58,692 bases of DNA from the NCBI GenBank assembly GCA_964425835.1, contig CAYROI010000001.1, forward strand, positions 30,880 through 89,571, read 5' to 3'. How positions within the stretch are numbered: the first letter of the stretch is position 1; each line of letters begins with the position of its first letter. Of the stretch, positions 36,501 to 46,094 are shown piece after piece. The position numbers and the translations under genes are program-made. The notes beneath the pieces were generated by a model. The model was given only the letters and a program-made list of their open reading frames with translations, had not been told where the DNA came from and did no database searches. This DNA is from an uncultured Methylococcaceae bacterium. Lineage in GTDB: Bacteria; Pseudomonadota; Gammaproteobacteria; Methylococcales; Methylomonadaceae.

Positions 36501-38576
36501 ATGATTAAAAAACGATTTTTTTTAAGTCTAAAATGGAAATTTTCTTTGGTTTTTGGGGGGGTATTTTTATTTTTTTTAAGTTTATTTAGTTATCAACTGT
36601 CTCTTGATACCTTGGAAAGTTTTGAGGTATCTCAACAAATAGTCTTATTTGGAATCACCAGTTTTTTAATTGCTTTTGTATTATTGCTCCTTACCCTTAA
36701 AATTTTCTCAAGACGAATGACTATTTTATCAAAAGCGTTACCATTATTAGCTAATCAACGCTACGATGAATTTAAACAAAAATTATTATCGCAACCAAAA
36801 ATATTATTTGTAAGTGATGAATTAGATCAACTCAATAACACAGCACTAGCCGTTGCCAAAAAACTAGAAACCTTAGAAATTCAGGTTGGCGAACATACAC
36901 AAAAGCTATTAGAAAAATCAGAAGAACTGGCATTGGAACGTGATTTTATTCAAAACTTAATTGAAATTGCGCCGATTATTATTATTATACAAAATTTTAA
37001 AGGACAAATTATTTCGATTAATAAATCGGGTATTGAGGCTTTAGAGATCGAAAAAAAAGCAATTCTTAGAAGAAATTTTTCAAGTTTTATTCCAAAATTA
37101 GAAAATGATCATTTAAGAAAAATAGAACAATTGAGACAAGGAAAATTACTTGATATTTTTGAAACCGATGGGATTTTATTAACGAATCGTGGTAATTGCC
37201 ATATTGCTTGGTTACATACTTTAATAAAGGGAAAAACTAAAGCGACTGATAAATTAATATTAACCCTAGGGATTAATATTAACGAACGTAAACGTGTTGA
37301 AGCTGAAATGGTTAAAATGGTAACTAAAGATCCACTGACAGGTTTAAAAAATCGAAAAATGTTTCATAATTATTTGGAAAATAAAATTGATTCTGCAAAA
37401 CGATATGGATTTTTAATTGCCTTATTTTACTTAGACTTAGATCAATTCAAAATTATTAATGATAGCCATAATCATACTGCAGGCGATCAATTATTGATAA
37501 AAGTGACACAACAATTGAAAGAAAGTTTGCGACCTTCTGATTTGTTATTTCGTATTGGGGGTGATGAATTTAGTATTATTATGCAAACACATGATGTTTT
37601 TGGGGTTGAAATCGCAGCGGCAAAAATTACCCGTGACTTGTCGCAACTTGAATATCAACTCAATGGTAAACCCTATAAAGTGAGTGTCAGTATTGGTATT
37701 GCACTTTATCCCACACACGGTAAAAACACCGATGAACTATTAACTCATGCTGATTTAGCAATGTATCGCGCCAAAGAACATGGGGGGGGACAACATCATA
37801 TTTTCTCACCCACCCTTAAATATCATACGTTATTAACTCAAAATCATTATTGGCGAGAATGTATCGAACAAGCTTTAATTCATCACAATTTTATATTGTT
37901 TTATCAGCCAATTTTAAATATTAAAAATAATGAAATTAGTCATTATGAATGTTTGATTCGGATGCTAAATGAAGAGGGATCACTCATTATGCCCGATGAG
38001 TTTATTAGCATTGCTGAAGAATTAGGAATCATTGGTAAAATTGACCGTTGGGTGATTAAAGAGGCCATTAAAAAGCATATTGACTTTAAACAAAGGGATA
38101 AACACTATAAAATATCAATTAATTTATCAGGCTTATCTTTTAATGATACCTCGATTTTTGAAACCATTAGTCAACAATTAAATCATCCAGATGTTGATGC
38201 TAAACAAATTATTTTTGAAATTACTGAAACTTCTGCCGTTTCTAATTTTATAGCCGCACAATCTTTAATTCAAAAAATAAAAAAGTTAGGCTGTGCTTTT
38301 GCATTGGATGATTTTGGGGTTGGTTTCTCTTCTTTTTATTACCTTAAACATTTGCCCGTAGACTACGTCAAAATAGATGGTACATTTATTCGCCAAGTTG
38401 ATAAAAATAATGAAGATAAAATTCTTGTCAAAGCGTTGGCAGAAGTTTCTCAAGCTTTAGGAAAACAAGTGATTGCAGAATTTGTAGAAAATGAAGCTAT
38501 CCTAGATATTCTGAAAGATTTTGGCATTGAATATGCTCAAGGTTACCTTATCGGAAAACCTGAGCGGCTAAATTAA
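36501..38576 (+). CDS. Membrane-anchored PAS-GGDEF-EAL c-di-GMP turnover protein
   Basis: 691 aa with two N-terminal TM helices and a PAS-like region. GGDEF domain has an intact GGDEF and an RxxD I-site at PleD-like spacing (RPSDLLFRIGGDEF). EAL domain reads ECLIR and keeps the downstream catalytic blocks (FEITE, LDDFGVGFSS, KIDG, EFVE, QGY). Confidence 0.9.
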   Translation: MIKKRFFLSLKWKFSLVFGGVFLFFLSLFSYQLSLDTLESFEVSQQIVLFGITSFLIAFVLLLLTLKIFSRRMTILSKALPLLANQRYDEFKQKLLSQPKILFVSDELDQLNNTALAVAKKLETLEIQVGEHTQKLLEKSEELALERDFIQNLIEIAPIIIIIQNFKGQIISINKSGIEALEIEKKAILRRNFSSFIPKLENDHLRKIEQLRQGKLLDIFETDGILLTNRGNCHIAWLHTLIKGKTKATDKLILTLGININERKRVEAEMVKMVTKDPLTGLKNRKMFHNYLENKIDSAKRYGFLIALFYLDLDQFKIINDSHNHTAGDQLLIKVTQQLKESLRPSDLLFRIGGDEFSIIMQTHDVFGVEIAAAKITRDLSQLEYQLNGKPYKVSVSIGIALYPTHGKNTDELLTHADLAMYRAKEHGGGQHHIFSPTLKYHTLLTQNHYWRECIEQALIHHNFILFYQPILNIKNNEISHYECLIRMLNEEGSLIMPDEFISIAEELGIIGKIDRWVIKEAIKKHIDFKQRDKHYKISINLSGLSFNDTSIFETISQQLNHPDVDAKQIIFEITETSAVSNFIAAQSLIQKIKKLGCAFALDDFGVGFSSFYYLKHLPVDYVKIDGTFIRQVDKNNEDKILVKALAEVSQALGKQVIAEFVENEAILDILKDFGIEYAQGYLIGKPERLN

Positions 38577-38626
38577 ATGTACGCCCCCTTTTATTGTTAT
38601 CCTACCCTCTTATTATTTTAATTTAC

Positions 38627-39565
38627 ATGAAAAAACTTAAATGTGCAGTTATCGGTACAGGTTATCTTGGAAAATTTCACGCTGAAAAATATGCAACGCA
38701 CCCTGATTGTGAATTAGTGGCTATTGTTGATATTGACCCTGCAACTGCAAAGGAAATTGCCCAAAAATATAATGCAAAAGCTATTACTGATTATAAAACA
38801 ATATTATCTCAAGTTGATGCGGTGAGTATTGTTGTTCCAACCTGTTTGCATCATCAAGTATCAAAAGATTTCTTGAGGGCAGGTGTTCATGTTTTAGTTG
38901 AAAAACCGATTACTATCACTGTTGAAGAAGCCGATGAACTCATTAGTATTGCTAGAGAAAAAAAATTAATTCTTCAAGTAGGTCATTTAGAACGGTTTAA
39001 CCCTGCTATTTTAGGTTTAGATAAAAATGATAGTAAGCCCTTGTTTATTGAGTCACATCGTTTATCGCCGTTTAATCCTCGCGCTAATGATGTCAGCGTG
39101 GTTTTAGACTTAATGATTCATGATATAGATATTATTTTGGCTTTAGTTGATAGTGAAGTAGAACGAATAGATGCAAGCGGTACAGCTGTTTTAACGCAGG
39201 GAACAGATATTGCTAATGCGCGTTTAACTTTTAAAAATGGTTGTGTCGCTAATGTTACCGCCAGTCGTATTAGCATGAAAGTTGAGCGTAAAATGCGGAT
39301 GTTTCGTCCCTGTTCTTATATTTCCGTTGACTTTCAAAACAAAATACTCACAAAACACCGCACAGGCGATAAAGAAATGTTCCCAGGTATTCCTGAAATA
39401 GAAACTGAAGAGTCTATTTTTGAAGGCGGGGATGCATTGCTTGAAGAAATTAAACATTTTATAAGCTGTATTCAAACAGGAAAAAATCCTTTAGTTTCAG
39501 GGGAAGCGGGAAAACGCGCTTTAGAAACTGCCATTAAAATCACCCAACTGTTATCTGATAAATAA
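38627..39565 (+). CDS. Gfo/Idh/MocA-family NAD(P)-dependent oxidoreductase
   Basis: Rossmann N-terminus MKKLKCAVIGTGYLGKFHAEKY, the EKP block (LVEKPIT), and a C-terminal alpha/beta domain. I chose ATG 38627 so that the GxGxxG motif is N-terminal. Confidence 0.85.
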   Translation: MKKLKCAVIGTGYLGKFHAEKYATHPDCELVAIVDIDPATAKEIAQKYNAKAITDYKTILSQVDAVSIVVPTCLHHQVSKDFLRAGVHVLVEKPITITVEEADELISIAREKKLILQVGHLERFNPAILGLDKNDSKPLFIESHRLSPFNPRANDVSVVLDLMIHDIDIILALVDSEVERIDASGTAVLTQGTDIANARLTFKNGCVANVTASRISMKVERKMRMFRPCSYISVDFQNKILTKHRTGDKEMFPGIPEIETEESIFEGGDALLEEIKHFISCIQTGKNPLVSGEAGKRALETAIKITQLLSDK

Positions 39566-39577
39566 GCGACTAACTTA

Positions 39578-40312
39578 ATGAAACTTAATGATTTCGTAAC
39601 CGCTCTTACGCAAGAAAATTTAGATGAAATTACGCGTGAATTTAATAAATTAAAAAATAATAAAAAAATTTATACCTTTAGTAAAATTGAGCTTAAAAAC
39701 CTCAAACAACTATTTAATATTGATAGAAATTTTGATCATAAAGTTTTTAACCCTTGGTTTGTTAATAATATTAATCTAAAAAATGAAGAATGTTTATTTT
39801 TAGAAAACCTTTTAGAGCAAGAAATAGATTTTATCCGAATTTATAATGAAGAAGATTTAAAAATTCATTTTATCGCCCCTATTTTAAATAAAATTAATTT
39901 CAAATCATTAGAACAAAAAACCCGTGATTTTTATGAAGAAGCACTGGAGTATGAAACCGAAGATTTTATTTTAAAAGGTGTTACTGATTTTGTGGTCGCA
40001 AAAGGTTTAGAATACCCTGAAAAGCCTTATTTCTTTATCCAAGAATTTAAAAAAGGACAACAATATTCAAATCCTGAACCGCAATTATTAGCTGAATTAA
40101 TTAGTGCAATAGAATTAAATGATTTTAAGCAAATGAAAGGCTGTTTTATCGTTGGTGAAAATTGGAACTTTGTTATTGTAAATAAACGCGATAAAAATAA
40201 ATATCAATACAGCATAAGTCGTACTTTTAATGCAACTAATATCGGTGATTTAAAAGATATTTACAAGAATCTACTTTTTATAAAAAAGAAAATAATGGAA
40301 AAAAATAATTAA
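39578..40312 (+). CDS. Hypothetical protein with a PD-(D/E)xK nuclease-like core (HSDR_N-like), very AT-rich
   Basis: 244 aa. Candidate motif order is EEDLKIHFIAPIL (E), GVTDFVV (D), FFIQEFKKG (ExK) and QLLAELISA. This resembles the N-terminal nuclease domain of type I restriction R subunits. Lys/Asn/Ile-rich composition. Confidence 0.45.
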   Translation: MKLNDFVTALTQENLDEITREFNKLKNNKKIYTFSKIELKNLKQLFNIDRNFDHKVFNPWFVNNINLKNEECLFLENLLEQEIDFIRIYNEEDLKIHFIAPILNKINFKSLEQKTRDFYEEALEYETEDFILKGVTDFVVAKGLEYPEKPYFFIQEFKKGQQYSNPEPQLLAELISAIELNDFKQMKGCFIVGENWNFVIVNKRDKNKYQYSISRTFNATNIGDLKDIYKNLLFIKKKIMEKNN

Positions 40313-40328
40313 AACGGTATAATTCTCT

Positions 40329-40698
40329 CAAGAGTCGGTCGAACAGTCGCTGTTTTATTGTAATGATAAAAGAGAGGAAAGTCCGGGCTTCATAGGGTAG
40401 AGTGCCAGATAATCACTGGGGGGCGTGAGCCTACGGAAAGTGCTGAAGAAATTAAACCGCCCCTCACTTACAATCTTTGATTCTAAGTGAGCGGTAAGGG
40501 TGAGAAGGTGCGGTAAGAGCGCACCGCACAAATGGTAACAGGCGTGGCAAGGTAAACCCCACTCGAAGCAAGATCAAATAGAGAAACAGGGGTGTGACCC
40601 GCACCGTTTCTGGGTAGATTGCTTGAGCGATAAGGTGACTTATCGCCTAGATGAATGACTGTTTTTAACAAAACCCGGCTTATAGACCGACTCTTTTT
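40329..40698 (+). ncRNA. rnpB: RNase P RNA, bacterial type A
   Basis: Near-identical universal core blocks to E. coli M1 RNA: GAGGAAAGTCCGGGCT, CATAGGG.AG.GTGCCAG, GGTAAGGGTGA.A.GGTGCGGTAAGAGCGCACCGC, GGTAAACCCCAC, AGCAAG..CAAATAG, CCTAGATGAATGACTGT and ACAAAACCCGGCTTATAG. P1 pairs AAGAGTCGGTC (40329-40339) with GACCGACTCTT (40686-40696). TATATT at 40318-40323 is a plausible -10. Confidence 0.93.
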
Positions 40699-40718
40699 TA
40701 CTTCTTATTTAACAAAAA

Positions 40719-41228
40719 ATGACTAAAGAATTATTGATTTTACGCCACGGAAAGTCTGATTGGTCTACTGATAAAAGTGACTTTGATCGCCCATTAAAAA
40801 AAAGAGGAAAACGTGAATCTAAACGTTTAGGCGTTTGGCTATTACAGCAACAGCTTATTCCTGATTTTATTCTCACATCACCTGCCGTACGTGCGGTTTC
40901 AACCGCAAAAAAAATCTGTAAATCAATGGGACTACCCGATAGCCATATCCATGATGACCCGCGTATTTATAGGGCGGATCACCATACCTTGAAACAAATC
41001 ATTCAACAATTACCTAAACAAGCAAATCGTGTGTTAATTATCGGACATAACCCTGGGCTGGAAGACTTAGTACTTAAATTAGCGAATAAAACCATCACCC
41101 TGCCTGCAGATTATAATTTATTACCTACAGCAACGTTAGCGCATTTCAAACTTAAACAGGATTTCGCTAAACTAGTTAATCATTCTGCTACCTTGCAGAG
41201 CATCATTCGCGCATCATCCCTTTCTTGA
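40719..41228 (+). CDS. sixA: Phosphohistidine phosphatase SixA (histidine phosphatase superfamily)
   Basis: LILRHGKSDW catalytic RHG motif, SPAVRAVSTA, and IGHNPGLEDL (second His). 169 aa. Confidence 0.8.
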   Translation: MTKELLILRHGKSDWSTDKSDFDRPLKKRGKRESKRLGVWLLQQQLIPDFILTSPAVRAVSTAKKICKSMGLPDSHIHDDPRIYRADHHTLKQIIQQLPKQANRVLIIGHNPGLEDLVLKLANKTITLPADYNLLPTATLAHFKLKQDFAKLVNHSATLQSIIRASSLS

Positions 41229-42944
41229 CCGCCATTTACAAATTTTTTGTGCAACCCAGCCTCTAGGCATAAATCTCCCTTTTTGGGTATAAAATAACTT
41301 ATATTCATTATTAATCGTTGCATTAAATAAACATTGCGCACGTCTTGTTCCACAAAAAAGCAATTGATCCCCTGCTTTAATTTTATAATCCGCTTTAGGT
41401 AATATTAGAAACTCATCTTTTGATTTAATAATAAAAACAACTAATTCTAGTAAATTATTTCTATTATCAGGATGCCTTAACAAATTTCCTAAAAATACAT
41501 CTTCTCCTTTATCAAGCCATTGAATGACTGCTTTACTGTCTTCACGGGTAAAATTAATCGTGGCTAAATAAGGTGGCTTATCACCAATAGTTGCTTGCAA
41601 CGATTCAATAAGCTTTTGCATTTCATCTGCCCGCCCTTTTTTATCTTCTAACAAATAAAAGAAAAAAGGTTTTAATAAAGGCGCGATTAATAGAAATAAT
41701 ATTTTCCGAGCAGTCACTAACGTTGGCTGCATAATAATATCCGTATTACCTGCCTCAAATGCCACTTCATTTTGATGCCGATTCTGCCTCACAATCGTAA
41801 ATAAATTAGGATTAAAATGACGCGCATTTAATAAAATACCTAAATTATGCCCATCATCATTTGTACCTGCTAATATCCCGACTGCCTCCTCAATTTTCGC
41901 TTCAGCTAATGTTTTAGATGTAGTACGCCCAACAATATAATGCTTGAACTGCTTATTTTTACAAACATGGGGATCAATAATAGTCGCCGTTATCCCATAT
42001 TTAGAGAAGACGCGATTAACTTCATACCCCATTCGCCCATAACCACAAATCACCCACTTCCCTAAAGGGGGATTGACATGATAATTAATTCGTTCTCTTT
42101 TTTCTCGAACTAGCCAACGATTTAAGGCAAAAAAACCTGGGTTGTGCATTGCAGCGGCTAAGACTTTAGCGAAGGTTTTAAAAGGATCAACAATATGAAC
42201 TTCTCCCCCTAAATTAGCCAGTGTATCTTCAACGACTTCAACTTTAGACATGGTAATAATACCAATATCAGGATTTAATACTCTCGCGGCTGTTGAAATT
42301 TTTAAATTAACTTCTTCATCATTAGTAATCGCGACAATTGCTTTACAGTTTTTTCTTTTAACGCCCGCTTCCAATAAATGCTTTGGAACACTGGCATCCG
42401 CATATAAACCAAGCATAGGCACTTTATAATTACGCAATTGCAGGGCTTTAATTCGCTCTTCATTCTCATCAATGATAACACAGGCCCAGCCATAATCGCT
42501 TAACCCTCGTGCTAACACGCTACCTGTATCGCCAAAACCACAGAGAATAAAATAAGGGGTTTGAATACGCCGCACATTACGCGAAAATTTCCACTCAGCA
42601 ACGGCATGAATAAAAAAAGGGTTTTGTAATAAATGAACAATGGTACCAATGGCATAAATCCAAGTAATAACGCTGGTATAAAGACAAATAATCGCCCACA
42701 TACGCTGGGCATCGCTAAAGGGTTCTGGAATTTCACCAAAACCTGTCGTTGTTGCAGTATAAGTCATAAAATAGAACGCATGAAAAATACTCATGGTTTC
42801 CGTTTTGCCGTCTTTCTCTATACCTGGTATCAGCGTCATCCCCAAAATAGCTATTGAATAAACTAATAGCAATGCCATCATAGGACGGCGCATATCGCGC
42901 ATGACAATAAAGGAAACGCGACTTAAATCAACAGGTGCTGCCAT
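41214..42944 (-). CDS. Two-TM potassium channel with tandem RCK/TrkA-N domains
   Basis: Pore and selectivity-filter-like segment YFMTYTATTTGFGE between two TM helices. Two Rossmann-type RCK domains (ILCGFGDTGSVLA and VICGYGRMGYEV). The 3' end overlaps sixA convergently by 15 nt. Confidence 0.8.
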   Translation of the reverse strand: MAAPVDLSRVSFIVMRDMRRPMMALLLVYSIAILGMTLIPGIEKDGKTETMSIFHAFYFMTYTATTTGFGEIPEPFSDAQRMWAIICLYTSVITWIYAIGTIVHLLQNPFFIHAVAEWKFSRNVRRIQTPYFILCGFGDTGSVLARGLSDYGWACVIIDENEERIKALQLRNYKVPMLGLYADASVPKHLLEAGVKRKNCKAIVAITNDEEVNLKISTAARVLNPDIGIITMSKVEVVEDTLANLGGEVHIVDPFKTFAKVLAAAMHNPGFFALNRWLVREKRERINYHVNPPLGKWVICGYGRMGYEVNRVFSKYGITATIIDPHVCKNKQFKHYIVGRTTSKTLAEAKIEEAVGILAGTNDDGHNLGILLNARHFNPNLFTIVRQNRHQNEVAFEAGNTDIIMQPTLVTARKILFLLIAPLLKPFFFYLLEDKKGRADEMQKLIESLQATIGDKPPYLATINFTREDSKAVIQWLDKGEDVFLGNLLRHPDNRNNLLELVVFIIKSKDEFLILPKADYKIKAGDQLLFCGTRRAQCLFNATINNEYKLFYTQKGRFMPRGWVAQKICKWRSRKG

Positions 42945-42968
42945 TTTATATCTCTTAAACCAATCTAT

Positions 42969-43352
42969 TTATAATCGAGACATTAATGTTTCACTGACTA
43001 AAATAACCGTCGAAATAATATTCGCCAGTAATGCTCCCCCTGAAAGTGAAACAATACTTGCCATGACTCCCTCCGTTATCCCTAATCCCGTAATGTAAAC
43101 GGCATAAGTCCAATACATTGCAGCCAGCATCAATTGTAAATCGGCAACTAAACTTGTTGCCAAAAGCACTGCGCCAATTTGGGAACGGTCACCCAACTTT
43201 AAAATTGTTGCAATTAAATTTACCACAATGACTGCAAATAACTCCATAACATTATGATACTGGGCGTTCTCCATTTCCCCTAAAAAAAAACCAAAATTAA
43301 GTGTTAATGCAAACACAATAAAAAAACCAAAAATGACTTTTTCAAAATTCAT
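42969..43352 (-). CDS. Small four-helix membrane protein, hypothetical
   Basis: From ATG 43352 (GGAGA 5 nt upstream): MNFEKVIFGFFIVFALTLNFGFFLGEM... About 127 aa and very hydrophobic. It lies 24 nt upstream of the channel gene. Confidence 0.6.
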   Translation of the reverse strand: MNFEKVIFGFFIVFALTLNFGFFLGEMENAQYHNVMELFAVIVVNLIATILKLGDRSQIGAVLLATSLVADLQLMLAAMYWTYAVYITGLGITEGVMASIVSLSGGALLANIISTVILVSETLMSRL

Positions 43353-43471
43353 ATTTTTCTCCGCCACAAACGGCAAATAATCTATTTTTAAAATACACAT
43401 TTTAATTTTAAAGATATAAATCAAAATGCAGACAAGGTAGAATTAAGCTTTTTTATGATAATTAAAGATTA

Positions 43472-43864
43472 ATGTCAGAATTAGAATCATTACGAATTGA
43501 TAAGTGGTTATGGGCTGCGCGTTTTTTTAAAACTCGAAAGCTTGCCTCAGAAGCGGTATCAGGCGGAAAAGTCCATTTGAACGGCAAACGCTGTAAGCCC
43601 AGTAAAGAAGTTAAAATAGGGTCACAATTATCAATTCATAAAGATCTATATCGTTGGGATATTAAAGTTCTAGGGCTTAATCATCAACGTCGCCCAGCCT
43701 CCGAGGCGATATTATTATATGAAGAAACAACTGAAAGTCATGATAAACGTCAACAACAGATTATCCAAAACAAGGAACAACGACAATTTTTACCGCATTC
43801 AGAAACTGAACGCCGACCTAATAAAAAACAACGTCGCCAGATTCATCGTTTTAAACAAAGCTAA
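43472..43864 (+). CDS. hslR: Ribosome-associated heat shock protein Hsp15 (S4 domain)
   Basis: RIDKWLWAARFFKTRKLASEAVSGGKVHLNG is the Hsp15 S4 RNA-binding signature. Basic C-terminal tail. Confidence 0.88.
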   Translation: MSELESLRIDKWLWAARFFKTRKLASEAVSGGKVHLNGKRCKPSKEVKIGSQLSIHKDLYRWDIKVLGLNHQRRPASEAILLYEETTESHDKRQQQIIQNKEQRQFLPHSETERRPNKKQRRQIHRFKQS

Positions 43865-43868
43865 TGGC

Positions 43869-44180
43869 TTATAAACATGTAGGCGGTTTCGGTAAGCCTG
43901 CGATTTTACAAGCATATTTTAAAGGGCCTTGAGGAAATAATTTGTGTAAATAACGACTATTTCCTTTATCAGTCCCGAGTTTTTTGGCAATTGCTTTCGT
44001 GAACACGCGTGCGTTTGGTAAATGTTTAAAATCTTGATAATAATTACGAATAAAAAAAATAATTTCCCAATGTGCTGGGGTCAATTCTATTTGATTAAAT
44101 TGCGCTAATATCACGGCAACTTCCTTATTCCAATCAGTGGCATTACACAAAAAACCCTCATCATTTAATACTAATTCCAT
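43869..44180 (-). CDS. DsrC/TusE-family sulfur relay protein with both C-terminal cysteines (DsrC-type)
   Basis: 103 aa. HWEIIFFIRNYY and GNSRYLHKLFPQGP are present. The C-terminus is YACKIAGLPKPPTCL (Cys-X10-Cys, last Cys penultimate). E. coli TusE has only the last Cys. Confidence 0.88.
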   Translation of the reverse strand: MELVLNDEGFLCNATDWNKEVAVILAQFNQIELTPAHWEIIFFIRNYYQDFKHLPNARVFTKAIAKKLGTDKGNSRYLHKLFPQGPLKYACKIAGLPKPPTCL

Positions 44181-44461
44181 GTTTGTATTAATGAATGATT
44201 AAAGGTTAAAGTAACAAAACCTTGATAATCAATCACCTTTATTCCTGCAATCAACTCATCGGGATTAATACCACGTATTTCTATTTCCTCATCTAAAACA
44301 AATAATGAATAGTGTGTGGACATTGTTTCTAATTCACTTGCATTACGACTGGATTTTAACAATCTAAAAAGCGCATTTTCCATAAATAACACACTGTCAT
44401 TGATTGCAATACGCTGTAATGTTGCCGATTCTAAAGGCGATTGATAAATTAAATGCAGCAT
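44171..44461 (-). CDS. TusB/DsrH-family sulfurtransferase complex subunit
   Basis: 96 aa. MLHLIYQSP and IDYQGFVTLTFNHSLIQTW parallel E. coli TusB (MLHTLHRSP...IDYTDFVRLTVKHPSQMAW). Confidence 0.8.
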   Translation of the reverse strand: MLHLIYQSPLESATLQRIAINDSVLFMENALFRLLKSSRNASELETMSTHYSLFVLDEEIEIRGINPDELIAGIKVIDYQGFVTLTFNHSLIQTWN

Positions 44462-44463
44462 TA

Positions 44464-44784
44464 TTATTCTACGTAAGTTAATTTAAGCCCAATAATTCCC
44501 AAAATAATCAAACTAATTGACACTAATCGAATCCAATCTGCAGATTCTTTAAAAAGAAAAATACCCAAAATGGTGACCCCAACTGCCCCCATCCCTGTCC
44601 ATACCGCATAAGCTGTGCCTAAGGGCAAAGATTTAATAGATTCCATCAGTAAATAAAAACTTAAACAGGCTGAAATACAAGTAATAATACTGGGGACTAA
44701 CTTAGTAAAGCCTTCGTTATATTTCAGGCTTAATGCAAAAATAATTTCTGCCAAACCTGCTGCAAATAAAAGAAACCAAGCCAT
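44464..44784 (-). CDS. sugE: SMR-family guanidinium exporter SugE/Gdx
   Basis: From ATG 44784: MAWFLLFAAGLAEIIFALSLKY...LPLGTAYAVWTGMGAVG...LGIIGLKL. It is collinear with E. coli SugE and includes the essential membrane Glu. Confidence 0.9.
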   Translation of the reverse strand: MAWFLLFAAGLAEIIFALSLKYNEGFTKLVPSIITCISACLSFYLLMESIKSLPLGTAYAVWTGMGAVGVTILGIFLFKESADWIRLVSISLIILGIIGLKLTYVE

Positions 44785-44786
44785 TA

Positions 44787-46094
44787 CTAATAACCTATTG
44801 CCATGACACACTTTTGCCAACGTTGAAATAAAAGAAACCCAATCGCTACGGTTTGTAACAGGGAAAAACTTACTGCTAAGAATAAGTTTTCATTAAAAAT
44901 GGGCAAAATAAATCCTGCTATATTTTTATCATCCATACTCAAAAAAATAGCAGGCAATAAACCATATAGACAAATCATAGATAATAAACTCAGTCCTATT
45001 GCGCGCTTAGGATTAGCCGCATAACTAAAAAAAAGTAAAATACCTATATCACGTAACATCAATAAATAAATAACCAAAGGGTAAGGGTGTATTTCTTCGA
45101 TGGTTTCTACGGGATAAGTTAAAGTTAAAAAAAGGGTGACAGGTAAGGCTAAAAGAACGCTCACCATCCAACAAGGTATTTCTTGTAATAACCGCAACCA
45201 TTGTTCCTGTTGACTGTAAAGCCATAATTTACGAAGCAACATGGGGTTATTGTCATCAATAAATAATAATAAATAACTGCTAATAATACAAACACCAAAG
45301 CAAACCATAATTAAAGCTATCAATAGCGTCAATTCAGGCTCGCCTGTATCTTCAATAAAAAAACCTGTCAAATAGATAATTAAAAAACTAATAAATGATA
45401 ACCAGACCCAAGGCAAGGTACGAATTTGTAATACTTCTAATAACAAACGATAACTACCTATAATAAGCCATAAGCAGGCAATGATTGAACTCCCGCCAAT
45501 AAAATAGGCAAGATTATAAGATTGCTGATACCAAGACACTGTTCCAAGATAAACATCATGACTATTAAGCATTACAGGAACAATAAACATCAATGCAATG
45601 ACAACTAATAAATAACTAAACCCTGTATTAAAATTCTGTTTACGCCGTAATGAAAATAAACTGACTAAGAAACTAAAATTTTGGGCAAGTAAGCCACCAC
45701 TTAAACAGTAAACCCAGTTTAAAATAATATATTCAGGTTCAGGTGTTGCTAGGGTATAAACGAATAAACAAAGAAAGCCACCATACCAGTTATAAAGTGT
45801 GCTTCCAAGTAACTTTCCCCAAGCTAATGACCACGCTGAAATCGCCGAAGTTTTTTGTATATCCCAGGTATTATTTTGTAATTCATCAAAAATACTACTT
45901 GCGGCTTGTTTCACGCCCCAAAATAAAACGATTAAGGTATACAAACCTAATGCAATTGTACTTACCCCATCGTCAAAACGTTGATCGTCTAAAAGATAAG
46001 CCGATGATAAAATAACCAATAAAAAAACAGGCATACCAATTACCCGAGAAAGAGAGAACGCTAAATAAAGCTGGCGTTGAAATTCAGGGTTCAT
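44787..46094 (-). CDS. Large polytopic membrane protein, putative permease partner of the upstream ABC ATPase (family not recognised)
   Basis: 435 aa with at least 10 hydrophobic helices. The start overlaps the ATPase stop (ATGA). No recognisable ABC-2 or other named motif by eye. Confidence 0.55.
   Translation of the reverse strand: MNPEFQRQLYLAFSLSRVIGMPVFLLVILSSAYLLDDQRFDDGVSTIALGLYTLIVLFWGVKQAASSIFDELQNNTWDIQKTSAISAWSLAWGKLLGSTLYNWYGGFLCLFVYTLATPEPEYIILNWVYCLSGGLLAQNFSFLVSLFSLRRKQNFNTGFSYLLVVIALMFIVPVMLNSHDVYLGTVSWYQQSYNLAYFIGGSSIIACLWLIIGSYRLLLEVLQIRTLPWVWLSFISFLIIYLTGFFIEDTGEPELTLLIALIMVCFGVCIISSYLLLFIDDNNPMLLRKLWLYSQQEQWLRLLQEIPCWMVSVLLALPVTLFLTLTYPVETIEEIHPYPLVIYLLMLRDIGILLFFSYAANPKRAIGLSLLSMICLYGLLPAIFLSMDDKNIAGFILPIFNENLFLAVSFSLLQTVAIGFLLFQRWQKCVMAIGY

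Noticed and set aside
40483-40671. 62-aa reverse-strand ORF
   Set aside because: It lies entirely inside RNase P RNA (rnpB). The region is explained by the conserved RNA core.
44785-44830. Guanidine riboswitch upstream of sugE/gdx
   Set aside because: Such riboswitches often precede gdx genes. Here the sugE start abuts the stop of the upstream permease gene, so there is no leader in which an aptamer could sit.
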